Positions 13,273-27,050 of a stretch of DNA of 64,000 nt are shown piece after piece. Source of the DNA: Octopus bimaculoides (taxonomy: Eukaryota); the NCBI RefSeq assembly GCF_001194135.2, contig NC_068981.1, forward strand, positions 172,505,821-172,569,820, given 5' to 3'. Each line of letters begins with the position of its first letter. The first letter of the stretch is position 1. The position numbers were made by a program, and so were the translations under genes. The notes beneath the pieces are model-generated. The model worked only from the letters and a program-made list of their open reading frames with translations. It made no database searches and was not told the DNA's origin.

Positions 13273-14521
13273 ATTGAAATAATTTTTAAAATTCAGATCA
13301 TGTGCATTGCATGTGCATTTATTTGCCTAGGAGATTTTGTGTCAGCAGCTTTATAAGAGTATATCTAAAAAGCGTTTGGGTAAAAGTGGTGAGAACTACA
13401 AAATTTAACTTGAGGAAATGGATTACAGCAGGTGAAATGTTTAAAATTCAGTCTCTTATGACATTTGGATTTGTAAGTGTGCAAAACAACGAAAGGAAAA
13501 AAAAAAATAATAAAGCATGTATTATGACATTTTTACAAAGAATTACTAACAAGTAAAAATGAAAACCCCAACAAAAATCTGTTAGCTTCAAAGTCATAAA
13601 GAAACGAATTCGACTGCATGAAAGTATTTAGACCTTTTTTTTTTTTTTTTGGTAAATTTTGGCTTTTATTTATATTAAATGCAACAATGACTAATACTTA
13701 TGAAGTACAATTCAGTTTTGTTTCACAGCTTCAAATTTAATGAACAAAAAAAAAATCAAAAAAATTAAAAAATAGAAAAAAATAATGACACCATTTATAA
13801 AATTAAAACAAAAAAGCTGATAATGAAACTTGAATTTTGCTTTTATAAAATCTGTGGGTGCTGATTAACTTATTCCATAATTTCCATAACGAAAATTATC
13901 ACCCATTCAACTTGCATATAATTATTTAAATATAATTTTTTAATGCATGGGATTTTGAGAAAAGTAGAATACAATATTGTAATATTCAAACCTTCCTCAA
14001 GGGCATTAGGGTCATAAATAGAATAATTCTTATTGGAAATCAAAGCTAAGTAATAAATTTGATTCTCCAAGAACATATTGTTTCCCCATAATACTCATAA
14101 TATAAATACCTAAATAATAATTAGAATTCTGTAGAATATTTAGCCAACATATATACAGAATACATATAATTATTTAAAGAAAATCAATTTTCCTAGCTCA
14201 AACTCTGCTACAAGCATTGGGAAAAGCTGAAGATAAGAGCCACAGCTTCAAACTACCTTACTCAACAAGGAAATATCAAATAAGTAATGTTACAATTTAC
14301 TTTGATAGTAGGGTTTATGCAAGTTTTTGGGTAAAATAATGACAATTATTAACAAGTAAATAAATGCGTAATTACAATTTTAAGTACCTTTCAGTCTATA
14401 GAAAATCCTTAGCTTTGACTATTTAGACATACAACTATCAGATTCTGATTAAAGATTAAAAGTAACTCTATTGTGATATTTCTTTGTTTTAAGTTATATT
14501 TCAGCTAAAAATGTTTAAGAC

Positions 14522-14702
14522 TGACTCTCAAAGTGGTTGGCATTAGGAAGGGCATCCAGCTGTAGAAACTTTCCCAGATCAGATTGAGCCTGGTGTAGCC
14601 TTCTGGCTCACCAGTCCTCTGTCAAACCGTCCAACCCATGCCAGCATGGAAAGCGGACGTTAAACAACGACGATGATGATGATTACGATGATGATGATGA
14701 TG
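14522..14702 (+). mobile_element. RTE-tailed SINE-like element 3' part with (GAT)n tail
   Basis: gtggttggcattaggaagggcatccagctgtagaaac...ccaacccatgccagcatggaaagcggacgttaaac(gat)n; the same family recurs several times in the window. Confidence 0.85.
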
Positions 14703-15868
14703 AAAACATGCACCTTAAAAATGGTAATTCACTCTACTAACTATTCCTTAAGAAAAACAACTGCCATTTTAATGCAAACCAATGATGGTGGAAATAGGCT
14801 ACTTTCTTGTGTCTACATAGATTTAGTTCTGCATTTTTCTTAATATTTAATAATAATAAAAATAAAAAAAAAAGAACAATTTTGTTTTTGTGTTTGTTTT
14901 GAAATATTCTTGATACAAAATCCTGTATTAAAACAAATGTTATTGTATATGTTTTGGGGTATTTTTGGGAAGAGTGCTTCAGTTTGCTAATAAAAACACA
15001 TGAGCTGTTTCTACTTCACTTCTTTTATCATTATCATTGTTAGTCAACTTATTAACAATTAATTAATCAATTACTTGACTAATCATTTGCTGAATTATTC
15101 AATTATGGTTTGTCAGAGCCCATTCATCACCACTGCTTCAGGTCTGTTATGATGTATGCAAACACAACATATCCAGTCAAGATACATCATGACAGACATA
15201 TAGCAACAAGAGCACATCATTGATGAGGATATGAATGCTAAGGACTTGACTGACAAATAGACAAATTGACTAACTGGTAGAAACAATTAATTAATCAGTT
15301 AATTGGTTTAACTGTTCACTAATAATAATAAAGAAGTAAAACAAAACTAGAGCACGTTTTTATTTGCAAAATGACCTTCCCAAGATACAAGAACTTCAAT
15401 TTATATTCCTTACAATAAATATCTATAATAATTATAGAATATAATTGAAATGATAAAATTATCCAAAATGAAATAAAATAAAAACCTGAAACTTATTTTC
15501 AAATGCTCCAATTAATTATTTTTTTTCCTTAAAAATTATCAATGTTATATAACAGAACTAGTTATATTTCAAGAAGTATTATTTTCACACATAGGATACT
15601 AGTTAGCAAACATCCCAAAACAATATCCATCTTTTCAACATTAGCTGTTGTTCAGCCTCAGGTCATCAAACTGAACAAACCTATGAAGAAAATCGTTCCT
15701 GTTGAGATTGCTCAGTCCTTGTTTTCAAGTATATGTCCAGGTTTAAATTATCCTGGATTCACTTCTTTCCTTTGTAAGAAAGTACTCTGAAGGAGAATGA
15801 CTGCTCTCTCTAGCAAACAAAGTGACCATACAGAGGATCTCATCTTTAATTCCTTCAATTTTTGTATG

Positions 15869-15870
<2 letters not shown>

Positions 15871-15960
<90 letters not shown>
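15871..15960. repeat. (AC)45 microsatellite
   Basis: Direct reading; explains the poly-HT and poly-CV ORFs. Confidence 0.97.
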
Positions 15961-15965
<5 letters not shown>

Positions 15966-18900
15966 ATGTATTGCACATATCCATCCCATGTTTGTATTTT
16001 TCTTTTCCTCTTAGGTTATGTATATAAAGATTTCAGTAAATTTTTTATAGGTTTCATTTTGTATGTTACAAAACAAGACAAATTCTAAGCAGAGCCTTTA
16101 AATAGGAAATTAAACTTGGGGCAAGAAACAAACTTGTAACAGTTCTTGGAGAAAAAAAGTTTAGAATATTTTTTTTCCTTTTTGCTATGATTTTGAGAAT
16201 ATATATTCCACTTTCATAATATATTAGATAATCCATATTTTATCACAGCACACAATAATTATAATTTATAAAACAACTGATTAATGATAAAATGATCATA
16301 TTAAAATGAAATTAATTGATGCTCCAATAATCAGGACTCTACATTTACTAAATGTCTGAAGAATATAGATGAAGGCTTTTTAAAGATTTGACAAGTTTTG
16401 TATAAGACTTCAGCATATATTCATAAATTAGACAACCTTTACAAATGTATGTTGTATAATATTTTAGAAGTGAATTTGAGGGGTGTTTTTCAATAGCATA
16501 TAGGTTAAATGAGTATCTAAAAACAGTGGGCATATAGTTATCAAAAAACTACTTTAACTGTTTAGCCATCAACACATTTTTATCAATACTAGTATAGCTC
16601 CTATATCTAAAATAATCATAATACAATCTTTAAAACACAAAAGCTGTATTAAAGATGTTTTACTTAACTTTACCAATTCCAAGTCTTAGCTTGGTTTAAA
16701 ACTACAATCTTAATCAATGCAGTAAAGACACTTTTTCACTAAGTTGCTATATCTCTTATGTCTATAAGTGAATTTCTCTATCTAAATATATTACTTGTTA
16801 CTTGGAGTGACTTAGACAATATTACATTTTTCTCTTCAAGTTACTGGTGAATAACGGCTAAAGCCTGTCCTTCAGTAGTTCAATTTGAGGAAAATTTGAA
16901 TATACATGTCTGCTCAATTTAAGCAATGGGATTAGTATGTGAAGACAACTTGAACTAAACAAAATATTTAAATTTTATCTCAAATGAAACTTTTTAAAAT
17001 AACACTGAGAATAATATCCCTATGTTCCAAAATCTCAATATCAAATGACATAAAATAAGAGAGTTGCTAGATTCAAGAAATTATCTCAATCCAAATTTAG
17101 AGAATATGACTTACTATGATTGAAAGTTTCTAAAACAATACACACACACACTTATAGAGCCTTCTTAAACACATAATCTACCACAAATTATCACAAACAC
17201 TAATTACAAATCCATGTTACTTAAACCAAGAACACTGTATATCTTCATTCTCAAGGTTTCAGAGTGGGAACATTCCCTTTTATTGACACTCCAAATTACT
17301 TTAATATGGTTGATTTAAATCATCAAACAAGATTCTTTTTATTGAATATAATTAAAGCATAAAGTTTGACCAGTCCTTGATTATTACAATATGTCTTAAG
17401 ATCTGAATACTCCATATCAAATCTTTGTATGTTTTCCTGACATGCTCAGAATCATTTACTGACTTCTTTGTGGAATGTCACAAAGTTTACCATTTAGCTA
17501 GTTGACTGTTGTGCATATGTTGATTAAATCAATATGATTTTGATATTCTGCAAGAGAAAAGTTTCATTTTGTTGAATTATTCCCAGTATCTAAATTTGTC
17601 AGTCCCAGAATCTAAATGTTGCTCCATTTAAGATTAAGAGATGAATATATATACCAGCTTTATGACGTAATATAATTTGATTTATTTCAACTTTCAAAAA
17701 GTACTCATTTAAACTTCCTCAATTCAATTCAAATCCATGCTAATCATACATATATTACCAGACTTTTGAGGGTTTTTTTTTTCTCACTCTCTCTCTTCAA
17801 AGCATTATATTTCTTCTGTAATAAGGTTTCGCTTTTGGCAGGATATCCATTAATTTTACAATCAGATGAGTCAAAACTTTTGTGTAGTTCCAATATTTTT
17901 TATTTTCAGGTTGGTTTTAGCCATTTTGACAGTGTCACTCATACACTGGACTTCCTGTCCAAATTCTTACGAAGGCTACATAAACAATGGGCTTTGCGGA
18001 ATTCCTTATTATTCATTAACAGTAGGGTTTTTTATATTTTTTACTTTTTAGCCATTGGTCTTAAGGTAGTTATAGTTGCATTAATGTTGTGAAATAAACA
18101 GAAACTTTTAACCATTTCCTGAGGAATCTATTTGAATTTTTGTTCATTCTCTCTAATTTTGTCTATGGAAATTGTAAAAGACTAAAGATGATGCTGTAAA
18201 TATCAACTCCTAAAATTACCAGCCAAATCACAACCTTCAAATGCAATGAGGCTCTCTCTTAGTTCTATTTCAGAATCATGTAACATTAAAACTAAATAGT
18301 TCATGAAAAAGTATATTCACACAGCAAGGAATGTATGTGCACAACACATACAAGGGAAATGAAAATATATTAGAAGAGTAAAAAGTAAACAAGTATTTCA
18401 AAATCCTGATTGGTAATACTTGAGATAATATAAGTGAATCATTAGTTATGTAGACCAAAGATAGCTGAAAATCCAAGTATTTTAAAATTTTATTTAATTA
18501 TTTTTTTGCTATTAAAAACATTGAAGAAATAGTCACAAAGTAACTTCAGAATATAGAAACAAAAAAAGATAATAGCAATTTTTGAGGACAGTGAGAGTAA
18601 AGACTATATAGATCTTCAATATTAGCAGGAAAATGTAACAAATTAGATTATTTAGTAAACAATGTTGTTGAGGCTGCATTAGATAAATATTACCATAACC
18701 TCCTCCATACACCATAGTAGAATTTTTCAACCTATTTTTAAAAAGTAACTCTAATTACATGGCAAGAAAAAGTTTTCTCAGATGATAGCAACTAACAAAA
18801 CTTCATGTTAGAAATATTTTATATTTTTAAAGCTATTAAAGACTTGACTGCCACTAGTAATCACCTTATTACCACCAATAAACACCTTACTACCTCTAAA

Positions 18901-20369
18901 TAATCAACATTTAGTCTTTAAAACTAATAAGCAAACATACATTTTCTCTTTACTACGATCTGTTTCGATCACATTTAAGGTGATCTTTACAGCATGGCTA
19001 CTATCAGTGTTTTAACACAAGAGTAGAACAACGAAAATAGTTTTTTAAAATTTATATACATATTTTCTGTGTAGAAACAAGATACTGACTTTTCTATATT
19101 GATTTAATTCTAAAATACTTGGTGAAAATATGCATTTACAAAAACATTTTTTTAATTATTATAAACAAAGTTTGTTTATTAATATTAATTCTATTTGAAA
19201 TTTAATTCTGGTATCCTACTTTTCATTATATTAATTCAAATGTATGAGAAGATTACATACTTCTTGATAACAAGTCGCCATCCATTTGAAAAGGTAAAGT
19301 TTGATCTGAAAATTTTCTGAAACAGTTCAGTATTCTTTCCATGTCAAGATATTGTTAATACTTTCAAAAAGAAACTTTACAATTGGAAAATTATCTAAAA
19401 GAAATGTTCCTAGTGATAATCTAATTACACAAAATATTCAACTTTCTTTCCCTCTCCCATCCAACCTATCATCTACTTTCATACATCAGCAAGAACTTGT
19501 TATTAGAATGCATACAGGCATATTTTTAATGGTCTTCATTCAGATAAAACTGATACATCACACTGGCATATCAGAAATATCGTAAGACTGGAACATGTAA
19601 TTAAACAAATCTAGCAATAACAGCAAAACAACACTCAAAATTGAAAAAGAAAATAGTCAAGAAATAAATAAATAAATAAATAAAGCAAGAGTTTTTAATT
19701 TCGAAAGGGTTAGATTGAACAAAATGTATTCTCTCTGAAGATCATGTTCCTGAAAAGTGAATGTGTGTATGTATGGATGGCCACGCAGTAAAAATTAGTA
19801 TTCATTGACAAAACAGTTAACTATTAATCTTTTTCCAAAGGCAGACAGAGTGAGTGTGAGCTTGTGCATGTATGTATGGAGCATGTGTGAGTAAATGATG
19901 TATTTGTGTATTATGTTCAGAGTTGACATGTAATTCAAGAAACTCTCCAAAATCTATCCAGTCAGCAACCATAGACATACTAACTCTAACCAATTTGACA
20001 TATGATCAAATATATCTCTGTCAGAATATAGAAATAGGCTAATAGTAACAATTTTTTGAGAGCAAAAGATATTGTAAGAAAGACTGGTCCATTGCTTTAA
20101 AACCTAAAAATTATGCTTATAAATGCTACATTCATTAATTGTAATCAAGTTAATGATTTTCTTCCCAATACACAAATGATACCTTTTGAAATGGAATTAT
20201 TCTTGCAAAACACAGTTGATTCAATGTAGTATAGAAAAAATTCTTTAAATAGAAATAACAAGTTCAGATAATCATTCAAGGATATGAAGGTTTAAAATAA
20301 TCAGAAATTTATATAGGCTAAATTCTAGAGGAATTTAACCATAAACAATACTGTGTTGACAAAGCTCTC

Positions 20370-21000
20370 ACTGGCTCACACTAACTCTGGTAAGCCTTAA
20401 GACTTAATTCTGAATCCCATAAACTTCATTCCAAATATCAACGACCTACTTGCTGTCATGTCCAATAATGCCCATTCCTACACAGATGACACTACTTGTC
20501 ATTCTTTATCCTTCCCTGCTCAAGCATCGTTTACATGCAACACCTCACACCAAAGTATTACTACATGAAAGAAATCTTGAAAACATTTTCCAATGGAATC
20601 AAGCCAATCTTGTCCCTTTGAACAGCAAAAGGGCATTGTTGCTATGAAAACAAAAGAAAAAACATTTTTGCACATCACTCTCCTTAAGCAAGAGCAGCAT
20701 GCATCTAGAACCCTTGTAACTGCTCTAGATTATTGAGGATAACTGATGGTGAATGTATATCCTGACAAAACTAGTTACTAAGCTCTCAACAATTACTAAG
20801 CTTTTACAAAGCTCAAGTGAACCCTACAATGGAGTACTGCTCCCATCTGAAGTGATGCTACTGCTGCTATCACAGACATCTTATGCTGCATTCAGATAAT
20901 GGGCACTGAACTGATTGCATTAAGCCATTTATAGATATATTTGTCTCTGGCCTACAAATACATTGTTTCTTCTCCCTGAATTTCTGTCACTATGACATTG
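20370..21000 (+). mobile_element. Degenerate CR1/L2/Jockey-group LINE RT fragment
   Basis: FIPNINDLL...HSYTDDTT (YADD-like) then RNLENIFQWNQANLVPLNSK; near-identical motif at 49.7-49.9 kb. Confidence 0.55.
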
Positions 21001-21664
21001 GCCTCTCCTCCTTCAAGGAACAGAGGTCAATGTCATAGTGACAGAAATCTTGAATATTTTCAAGATCCTTAAAGACCCTTAGAAGCCTAGCTACTCTTAC
21101 CATACAATTTTTTAGAACTGAAAATAAAAGGCATCAATTTCTCTTATATTTTATTAATAACTGATTTACTCTTTTCTGAATCACATTTGTATAAGAACAA
21201 GGTAATCTATTTCTTCACAAACAACCCCACTTTTTTAATCCAACCCAAACTAACATAGAAAGAATTAAGACAATGATGAAGGTGATGTGACATTAAGTGT
21301 ATTTGGGATGCTGAAAGTTCATACGAATTTAACCTACAAACCATTTACAATCAAGAAAGGAAAAAATGTGAACACTTTAAAAGTGGTTCATTTTGTAACT
21401 TCCAATATTTGCTATGTCCCCATGGCTTTAGGTATGGCTCTGAGATAACAAAAATTATATCCAAATATCTAATACATGAATAAGCAAAGACCTTAAAATG
21501 TCAGATTTTCAACAAAGAATTATTATTTTGTAAAAATGTGAAGAAAAAAATAACTGAATATGAAGTTTGTCATGTGTAAAATATATTAAGCTTTTGCTTT
21601 CTAAAAGAGATAATTGTTAAGTCGAGAAAATCCTTTTGTCAAGGACATGACACCCTCTCTAATA

Positions 21665-21862
21665 CTGGTGCCACATGAAAACTGTACCCAGTACACTCTG
21701 TAAAGTGGTTGCTGTTAGGAAGGGTTTTTAGACAAAGAAACCATGCCAAGGAAGGGATGGTCTGGATAAGAATTGACTCAAATAGTAACAACCCATCAAA
21801 CCCATGCCAGTAAGGTAAGCAGACATAAAATGACGATGATGATGATGATGATGATGATGATG
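21665..21862 (+). mobile_element. Diverged RTE-tailed SINE-like copy with (GAT)n tail
   Basis: aaagtggttgctgttaggaaggg...caaacccatgccag...(gat)n. Confidence 0.7.
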
Positions 21863-23011
21863 ATAAAAATTTTCAAATGTATGAAGAGAGCAGTTGATAA
21901 AATAAAAAACATTCCCAAAATTTTCAGCAGACCACTTTCAGAAATAAAATACATATCTTGACATATTTTAACCTGAGAATATAAACCATACATTTAGTTT
22001 GCATAATTATTACCCTTGTTATGAAAGTACTGGAAATCCATAAAAATAAATAAAATTCACAAACAAGACCAACTACATTAAGAGACCAAGCATAGAAGAA
22101 AATAAGGAAAAAGAAAATTTTCTTCAAACAAATTGAATTAAAACTATAATTGTTGTAAATTATGAGTGATGTACATTATATAGATGAAAAGAAGCAGAGA
22201 GGAATGGAAAAAAAATATTCAAATTTGGAAAATATTAAGAAAAGCTATCTGAGAATGAAAATTATATATACATAGTGAGTAAATAAAAGTTTTAACTAAT
22301 TTAAGAAAATATACAAACAAAAAAGCATTTTGATAGTTTCAATAAATTCACAGCTCAGTTTTGGGAATGCAAGTTTATAAACTGCTAAAAGAAAGGAAAA
22401 ATTAATAAATTTTGCCAAGAGAGTTATAAATACATCTTCCATTAAGTTTTCTATATTTCAGTATATAAGAAAAAAGTTATAATTTTTCTTGTATGAGACA
22501 ATATATTAAATGACTAAAGCTCCACGAAGCAGCAGTTCAAATTAAAAAGTAATCAAATATTCATCAACTGATAGAAATAAAATTTGTTTAAAAAAAAATC
22601 TTTAAAAAAATATTTGTTTGAAATAAAAGTGATAGCAAGAACTGTTAACTGAAAATATGTTGAATGTACATGGTCCAGGTGGTTTTTATTAAATTCAAAG
22701 ATTTTCATGATGGTGACAGGAGTGGTGTGAATGCATGGCAATTATAAAATGCATGCAGTTTATATAATAATGATGCTTTTCTACAAATAGGCATAATTGG
22801 TGAGTGTTAATTGTGACATGAGAAAAATGCAATCTCATAGATAGAATTCAGGAATTTAAGAGATTAAAAAAAAAAAATCATTAAAAAAAAAGATTTCCAA
22901 AATAAAATTTAAAATATATTTGAAACTGAAAAAGTAGTCAGTATAGGCAATGAAAGGTAAATTATATACAAAATATAGTGCACTAAATAATGGTTAAATA
23001 AACCTACTCAC

Positions 23012-23121
23012 ATCTTGAATAATTGGAACCCCAAGGTGTTGCATATCATTTATAATCCATTTTTCTTCAGCTGGGATATGTGCATGTTGAACAAGTTTGG
23101 CTAAATTCTCTTCAGAAATAC
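23012..23121 (-). CDS. STXBP1: STXBP1 exon 12 (110 nt): [36 protein letters not shown]
   Basis: Acceptor tttcag, donor gtgagt; EENLxKLxQHAxIP motif. Confidence 0.98.
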
Positions 23122-23362
23122 CTGAAATATTTAGGTTTTGTTGTTAGTGATGGATGTTTTTCTTATAGAAATATATTAATTGAAATAAAATAAATATGGA
23201 AGAAAGAAAATGACAGCAAAATTATTTATTATTAACATTTTCTGAAAATTATCATCATGCCTTAAATCTTTTGTTAAAATGCATTTCACTTAAGAGTCAA
23301 AATGAATTTTCCCTCATAAAATGAATTTTTAATGAATTTTAAATAAAAGAAAGAATAAGTAC

Positions 23363-23501
23363 CGCCTTTATGAATTATATATAGAAGAATTATTCTAATC
23401 TTATCATAAGCTGTTATTTTTTGGTCTAACAAAATTGGTACAATGTTCCTCATGTGGTCCTTGATTTTCTCTCCATCAGCATCTGTTCCCATTGCAAGAT
23501 C
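23363..23501 (-). CDS. STXBP1: STXBP1 exon 11 (139 nt): [46 protein letters not shown]
   Basis: Acceptor tactacag, donor gtactt; ORF track 23286..23492. Confidence 0.98.
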
Positions 23502-23736
23502 CTGTAGTAAATATATATAAGAAAAATTTCACTAAAGTCACTCACTATGATAATAAATTTAATGTTAAATTCAAATTACGACAAATGTAAATAAACAAAC
23601 AAAGTTTGCTTTTAGAAGTGTTGAGATGTGTTAGAAAGTTAAAGAAGTGATTTTTTAAATTCTCAATCGCAGAATAATGCTAATAATATAGCCTGAACAG
23701 GATAAACTATCCCTATTTTGCAGAGAAAAGTGTAGG

Positions 23737-23811
23737 TGGTTAGCTGTGGACACGAACTTACATCCCTGTGATTATGCGTCACAATGCTTTGACCGATTAA
23801 GCTAAACTACC
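23737..23811 (-). pseudogene. tRNA-Met(CAT)-like pseudogene or SINE head inside a 309-bp repeat unit
   Basis: D arm GCTT/AAGC perfect, anticodon stem TGTGA/TCACA perfect with loop CGCATAA, TTCG present; the T stem is mismatched and U33 is replaced by G. Confidence 0.65.
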
Positions 23812-23904
23812 CACTACAAATTCCTCTGCAAATTAAGATATATAAATCTTGCTTTATGAGACGCTCTCATATGTTAAATTCAAATTGCGACAAACGTAAA
23901 TAAA

Positions 23905-24542
23905 NNNNNNNNNNNNNNNNNNNNNNNNNNNNNNNNNNNNNNNNNNNNNNNNNNNNNNNNNNNNNNNNNNNNNNNNNNNNNNNNNNNNNNNNNNNNNNNN
24001 NNNNNNNNNNNNNNNNNNNNNNNNNNNNNNNNNNNNNNNNNNNNNNNNNNNNNNNNNNNNNNNNNNNNNNNNNNNNNNNNNNNNNNNNNNNNNNNNNNNN
24101 NNNNNNNNNNNNNNNNNNNNNNNNNNNNNNNNNNNNNNNNNNNNNNNNNNNNNNNNNNNNNNNNNNNNNNNNNNNNNNNNNNNNNNNNNNNNNNNNNNNN
24201 NNNNNNNNNNNNNNNNNNNNNNNNNNNNNNNNNNNNNNNNNNNNNNNNNNNNNNNNNNNNNNNNNNNNNNNNNNNNNNNNNNNNNNNNNNNNNNNNNNNN
24301 NNNNNNNNNNNNNNNNNNNNNNNNNNNNNNNNNNNNNNNNNNNNNNNNNNNNNNNNNNNNNNNNNNNNNNNNNNNNNNNNNNNNNNNNNNNNNNNNNNNN
24401 NNNNNNNNNNNNNNNNNNNNNNNNNNNNNNNNNNNNNNNNNNNNNNNNNNNNNNNNNNNNNNNNNNNNNNNNNNNNNNNNNNNNNNNNNNNNNNNNNNNN
24501 NNNNNNNNNNNNNNNNNNNNNNNNNNNNNNNNNNNNNNNNNN
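23905..24542. other. Assembly gap (638 N); smaller gaps at 34535-34544, 45156-45255, 46190-46199, 59768-59877
   Basis: Runs of N; the smaller gaps sit in (AT)n tracts. Confidence 0.99.
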
Positions 24543-24807
24543 GTGATTGGATAGTGAAAAGTGTTTTTATGAACTAAGTTTTTTTATATCACCTATTACT
24601 TAACGCATGCACATAAGTGCAATTCCATGAAATTTTGGTGCTCCTTTAAGAGGCAGATATATGCAATTTAACTAAAGGTTGTATCATATGTATGGGATAT
24701 TTTTTTTTTGTTTATGGGGGAAATGGAAAAATAAGAGTGAATATTTATTTTATGAGTGCTGTGTTAAGTCTATAAAATTGTGCATAAAATATATAAAGTG
24801 TATAGAT

Positions 24808-25240
24808 CATCATCATCATCATCATCATTGTTGTTTAACGTCTGCTTTCCATGCTAGCATGGATTGGACGATTTGACTGGGGACTGGTGAACCAGGTGGC
24901 TACACCAGGCTCCAATCTGATTTGGCAGAGTTTCTACAGCTGGATGCCCTTCCTAACGCCAACCACTCCGAGAGTGTAGTGGGTGCTTTTACGTGTCACC
25001 CGCACAAAGGCCAGTCAGGTGGTACTGGCAACGGCCACGCTCAAAATGGTGTCTTTTACGTGCCACCTTCACAGGAGCCAGTCCAGCGGCACTGGCAACG
25101 ATCTCGTTCGAATGTTCTTACATGTGCCATCACGATTTTGCTTTCGCTTGCCTCAACAGGTCTTCGCAAGCCGAGTTTCTGTGTCCAACGAGGGAGACGA
25201 AGTTGGCATGGGTGCCATCCGTTGAAATTAGTTCGACATT
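24808..25240 (-). mobile_element. RTE-tailed SINE-like element, long well-preserved copy
   Basis: (CAT)n at 24808, tttaacgtctgctttccatgctagcatgg...gctggatgcccttcctaacgccaaccac, plus internal ggcaac/gtgccac subrepeats. Confidence 0.85.
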
Positions 25241-25722
25241 GTTTTTTTTTTTTTTTTGCTCCCACATAAATATATTTCATTTGATTTTTAAAGCTCCCTG
25301 AATTAAATGTGCTAATATCTAATTAATCATTGATTTTGCATATAAATGCCATTTCCATATGATTTACTCTCTGGAATATATCAACTCCTGTACAATATTG
25401 TACAACTACTTTGTGAGTCTGTCATCAATACTTCAGCAAATACAATGAAATCGATGCTTTGCTGTAGAGGTCTAAGAAGACTAGATAAAGTGCATTAAGT
25501 AATCACCACATTCCAATTTCTTTCACCTTTCAATGAGTAGCAGATGAGTGACTATCTTTCGAAACATATACAACACAGGTTACATTTTCAGGATTTTTGG
25601 ATAAAGATTTCAGAAATAACCCAATAGATTTACCATTAATTCCGTGAAATATTCACAGGTCCTGCTAGTAAATTTTAAAAGAATAAGTGAACATAAAATT
25701 GAAAGAAATTAAAAAGACAAAC

Positions 25723-25930
25723 CTGTTCAACTTTACACAATTTGTCCACATGTTGTTGGTATTGCTTCATGCAATCTTCAGCTAAGTGGAGATGTGTGGA
25801 ATATTTGGAAAGTTCTTTCTGATATTGTGGCATCTTTTTTAACATCTGTGATAAATCTTTAATTCCGGCTTTATCAGCTGTACCCATTCTCTTTGCATCA
25901 GCAAACTGCTTTAGTTTCTTTGTCACATTT
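25723..25930 (-). CDS. STXBP1: STXBP1 exon 10 (208 nt): [69 protein letters not shown] (domain 3a)
   Basis: Acceptor aatag, donor gtttgt; ORF track 25675..25926. Confidence 0.98.
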
Positions 25931-26169
25931 CTATTAAGATTAAGCAGATTACATCAATTCAGAAAGGAAAAAGAAAATCTTATATTCAATCAATCACTCT
26001 AAATACACACCTAAGTTAAAACCACAAAACATAAATAAATCAAATTTCAATATTTTCTTTCTTTTTTTTTAATCAACATTAACCATTTTTAAATTGCATC
26101 TGTTCTGAAATTCATTTGACAAACTAGTTCATACATTTAATTGCTAAATTTCTTACCACAATTTATAAA

Positions 26170-27050
26170 AAAAATTTCCTTGAACATTATAGCAACAAAA
26201 TAAAGTTTCTCAATGCTGATGAAAAGTTGTGATAGGATGATATCTTCAAATCAGTTGTGACCTCTAAGTTCAAAGTACAAGATCTGTTTGGCTATTTTTG
26301 TGTCTAGCATCCATTTAATATGGCCTAATGATTGGAGTTGATGTTTTTCAATGATGGTTTGGATTCCTATGGATTTTGTTCTTGTCAGTATCTCTTCTTA
26401 TTTGGTAATCAGGATTAATTGCAGTTTTGCTGGATGAAATCTCTAAAGACAACATAAATGATGCTGATACATATTCAAGTCCAACAGCAGTACAGATATA
26501 TGTTCAGCCCTACAGCAGTAAGACACACCAAACTTTTGTTTTGAGTCTCAGGTCATAGTTGTGAAAAACATTACGTTAAAAGCACCCAAAAGTTTTGCTT
26601 GCAGCCAGTTGATCTCAAATGTAAGGAAGAAAAAAATTGGACAAAATGCTGCTAAGAGACAAAGAATGAAATTTTGACTAGTTCACTATGGTTAGTGATT
26701 TGAAGAGGCTTTTCTTCCTTTTTAAGTAGACATCAGCAAAAAACTTTAGTATGCTGACACTAGAACCAGACATCTTGCAAGTATTAATAAATGAAGTGGA
26801 GGTGGTGCATCTACTGAAGTGAGCTGAATATGGCACAACATGTGAGCACATGGCAGCTCACAGATCATCATGATTTATTGATTTAAGTTGGTATAGATTA
26901 AAAAGTCCATGAAAATCTTTAACCAGATTATAGAAAAAGATAAGTTTCTGTTGTTCTCGGCAGCAAACATCAAGTCAGTCTTTGAGAAAGAAAGCTGCAT
27001 TTTCCTCCACAAAGCAAGCTTTGTTCAGTCACTGAACAAGAAGTGAGATT
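26170..27050 (-). mobile_element. Highly degenerate RTE/BovB-like LINE RT and C-terminal fragment
   Basis: Broken frames giving GLFNLxxLK...F.NTCK.SG..VSI.K and QLQSLGHIKWMLDTKIAKQILYFELRG (cf. QLRWLGHVxRMxDxRxPKQILYxEL). Confidence 0.5.

Noticed and set aside
15748-16088. ORFs with poly-CV, poly-HT or poly-YI tracts here and at 34.4, 43.7, 45.1, 59.7 and 60.6 kb
   Set aside because: Translation artefacts of dinucleotide microsatellites and N gaps.
17766-18092. 108-aa + strand ORF with an internal acceptor-like tttcag
   Set aside because: Low-complexity hydrophobic composition, no recognisable domain and no coherent exon chain.
18533-18730. ORF with YGGGYGNIYLMQPQQH as a possible alternative STXBP1 exon
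   Set aside because: The nearest acceptor gives a stop in phase 0, there is no good donor, and no Munc18 similarity.
23737-23811. Functional tRNA-Met gene
   Set aside because: T stem is unpaired, G replaces U33 and the acceptor stem is imperfect; kept only as a pseudogene or repeat head.
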